A DNA stretch of 63,935 nt, filler included, from Olpidium bornovanus S191 (Eukaryota > Fungi > Olpidiomycota): assembly GCA_017911155.1 (NCBI GenBank). It is 31 parts of 31 records of this genome, joined end to end, with 100 filler letters (N's around TTAATTAATTAA, not from the genome) between each part and the next. Parts side by side here need not be neighbours in the genome. Positions count along the whole stretch, not along the records: positions 62,615 to 63,935 come from JAEFCI010011114.1; 30 more parts are not named here. One strand, given 5' to 3'. The position numbers were made by a program, and so were the translations under genes. Under the pieces are notes generated by a model. That model searched no databases, was not told the origin of the DNA, and saw only the letters and a list, made by a program, of their open reading frames with translations. This document shows, piece by piece, positions 62,515 to 63,935 of this stretch. Position 1 is the stretch's first letter, and each line of letters opens with the position of its first letter.

Positions 62515-62859
62515 NNNNNNNNNNNNNNNNNNNNNNNNNNNNNNNNNNNNNNNNNNNNTTAATTAATTAANNNNNNNNNNNNNNNNNNNNNNNNNNNNNN
62601 NNNNNNNNNNNNNNCATGATCAGAACCGAAAGGCCGAGATTTTTTGGTTCAAGCTTTCTTTTCTCCCTTTGTGGTTTGTTTTGGATTTTGGTTCTACGTC
62701 GGGCGTTTCATTCGGTTCCACAACAACTTCCGAGGGCACGCAAAGCTCCCCGACGCTTTTAGCCAGTGGATTGCGCATCTGGCCGGAATAACGCCGTCTG
62801 CCGGGCGTTTCCCATCTTTTCTGCACGTTTTAAGGCTCTCTATTTATTTTCTTTCTTTC

Positions 62860-63012
62860 TTTCTTTTTTTTTTATTTTTTTTATTTTTTTTATTTTTTTT
62901 ATTTTTTTTTATTTTTTTTATTTTTTTTATTTTTTTATTTTTTTTATTTTTTTTATTTTTTTTATTTTTTTTATTTTTTTTATTTTTTTTATTTTTTTTA
63001 TTTTTTTTTTAT
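62860..63012 (+). repeat. T-rich 9-bp tandem repeat (TTTTTTATT-type)
   Basis: Read directly; produces the periodic FLFFLF ORFs in the track. Confidence 0.85.
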
Positions 63013-63066
63013 TTTGGTCGCCTTGTTCCTGCTTGAGCTCGACGCCCACCGCCCCAGGCAAACATA

Positions 63067-63935
63067 ATGCTGAAGCAGCGCCGCGTCACGCGCGGGGGGA
63101 GAGCCGCCGGCGCCGGCGCGTCGTTCTCGGAAAGAGCGGCGTTTTCCTCGTCCCTCGGCGCGGAGTTCGAGGACGGCGCCGCGTACCCGCACGCCCTGAA
63201 CTTCTACCGCGCGCCCCCGGTCAACGCCGAGATCAGCCTGGACCAGTTCGAGTCCTGGGCGCTGGACCGCCTGCAGGGTGAGCGCTTTTGCCGCCGGACA
63301 AGCTCTGCGTGCTTTCCGCTGCCCGCGTGAATGAGAGCCGCCGGGTGAGGGTTAAGGCCGGTTTTTGACATTCGCGGACGCCTCGCGTACGCGCTTCCAC
63401 GTTCCCCAAGTGCTTAAGTCGATCGAGGCTTCTATGGTCCGCAACAAGTTCGGCGGCGACTCGTACGAGAAATCACTGGAAGAGGTCGTGGACACGTATC
63501 TCCCGTTGTCAACCAATTACAAGCGAGGGGTGGATCTTGATTACCAGCGGAAAAAAGACCACTTTTCGCACTACATTCTCCTGTTGGCGTACTGCGGGAC
63601 AGACGAGCTCCGCCGTTGGTTCACGACAATGGAAGCGGCGCTGTTCCGGTTTGTTTTCTCGATAAAGCGGCCTTCTACATGGATGCCACGACGACTCTGA
63701 CAGTTTGTGCTACTTCGCTGTTGCGCCGTGCAGGATGCGCTTCAAGAGGGAGCCGCTTGCAGACCGGCAGAAATTTATAGACTCTTTAAACTTCAACCAT
63801 AAGGCGGTACGGCTAGATGTTTGGCGCGCCTGCTTGCATTCTCACCCAAGTGTGCTCAGCGGTCGTCGCCGGAGCAGGTATCAGAAGAACAGAAACAGGA
63901 AATGAAGGATGAACTGTTGGCCGCGTCGCCGCATG
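63067..63935 (+). CDS. PRI2: DNA primase large subunit, 5' part, multi-exon
   Basis: YPHALNFY..PP..EISLDQFESWALDRLQ|VLKSIE, RKKDHFSHYILLLAYC..DELRRWF...E..LFR|.RF. Confidence 0.93.

Overview
Eukaryotic genomic DNA from an intron-rich fungus, most likely an early-diverging (non-Dikarya, possibly zoosporic) lineage. The style resembles a single-cell or fragmented draft such as Olpidium, but this is inference only. The window is not one locus. It is 31 short contigs (about 1-5 kb) joined by 100-nt artificial spacers (N-run + TTAATTAATTAA six-frame stop linker + N-run). At least 17 contig ends fall exactly on CATG, and many others end in homopolymer runs. Gene order across gaps therefore cannot be trusted, and some internal CATG sites look like chimeric junctions. 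Manual splicing recovers complete genes for a Costars/ABRACL protein, a secreted bacterial-type sphingomyelinase C, ERG28, MRPS9, TRS31, SSZ1 and two orphan proteins. It also recovers partial genes for oligopeptidase B, an ARM-like protein, PEX1, SCS7, a KIN1/MARK kinase, phosphoglucomutase, pyruvate kinase, a SAM-containing Bck1/Ste11-like MAPKKK, PUS4, a sphingomyelin-synthase-family enzyme, a secreted protein built of bacterial-style beta-propeller repeats, a voltage-sensor-domain-only protein, a peroxisomal ABCD transporter, an SP-RING SUMO ligase, ERV41, TFIIIC tau138, LETM1/MDM38, a cysteine-synthase-like protein and PRI2. There is also a frameshifted RasGEF, a Copia remnant and a nested inverted repeat. 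No rRNA, tRNA or CRISPR array was seen. The most interesting signals are two intron-containing, signal-peptide-bearing genes of bacterial character (sphingomyelinase C and the repeat beta-propeller), an SMS-type sphingolipid synthase, and animal/amoeba-type motility and membrane proteins (Costars, VSD-only, possible ARMH2-like).
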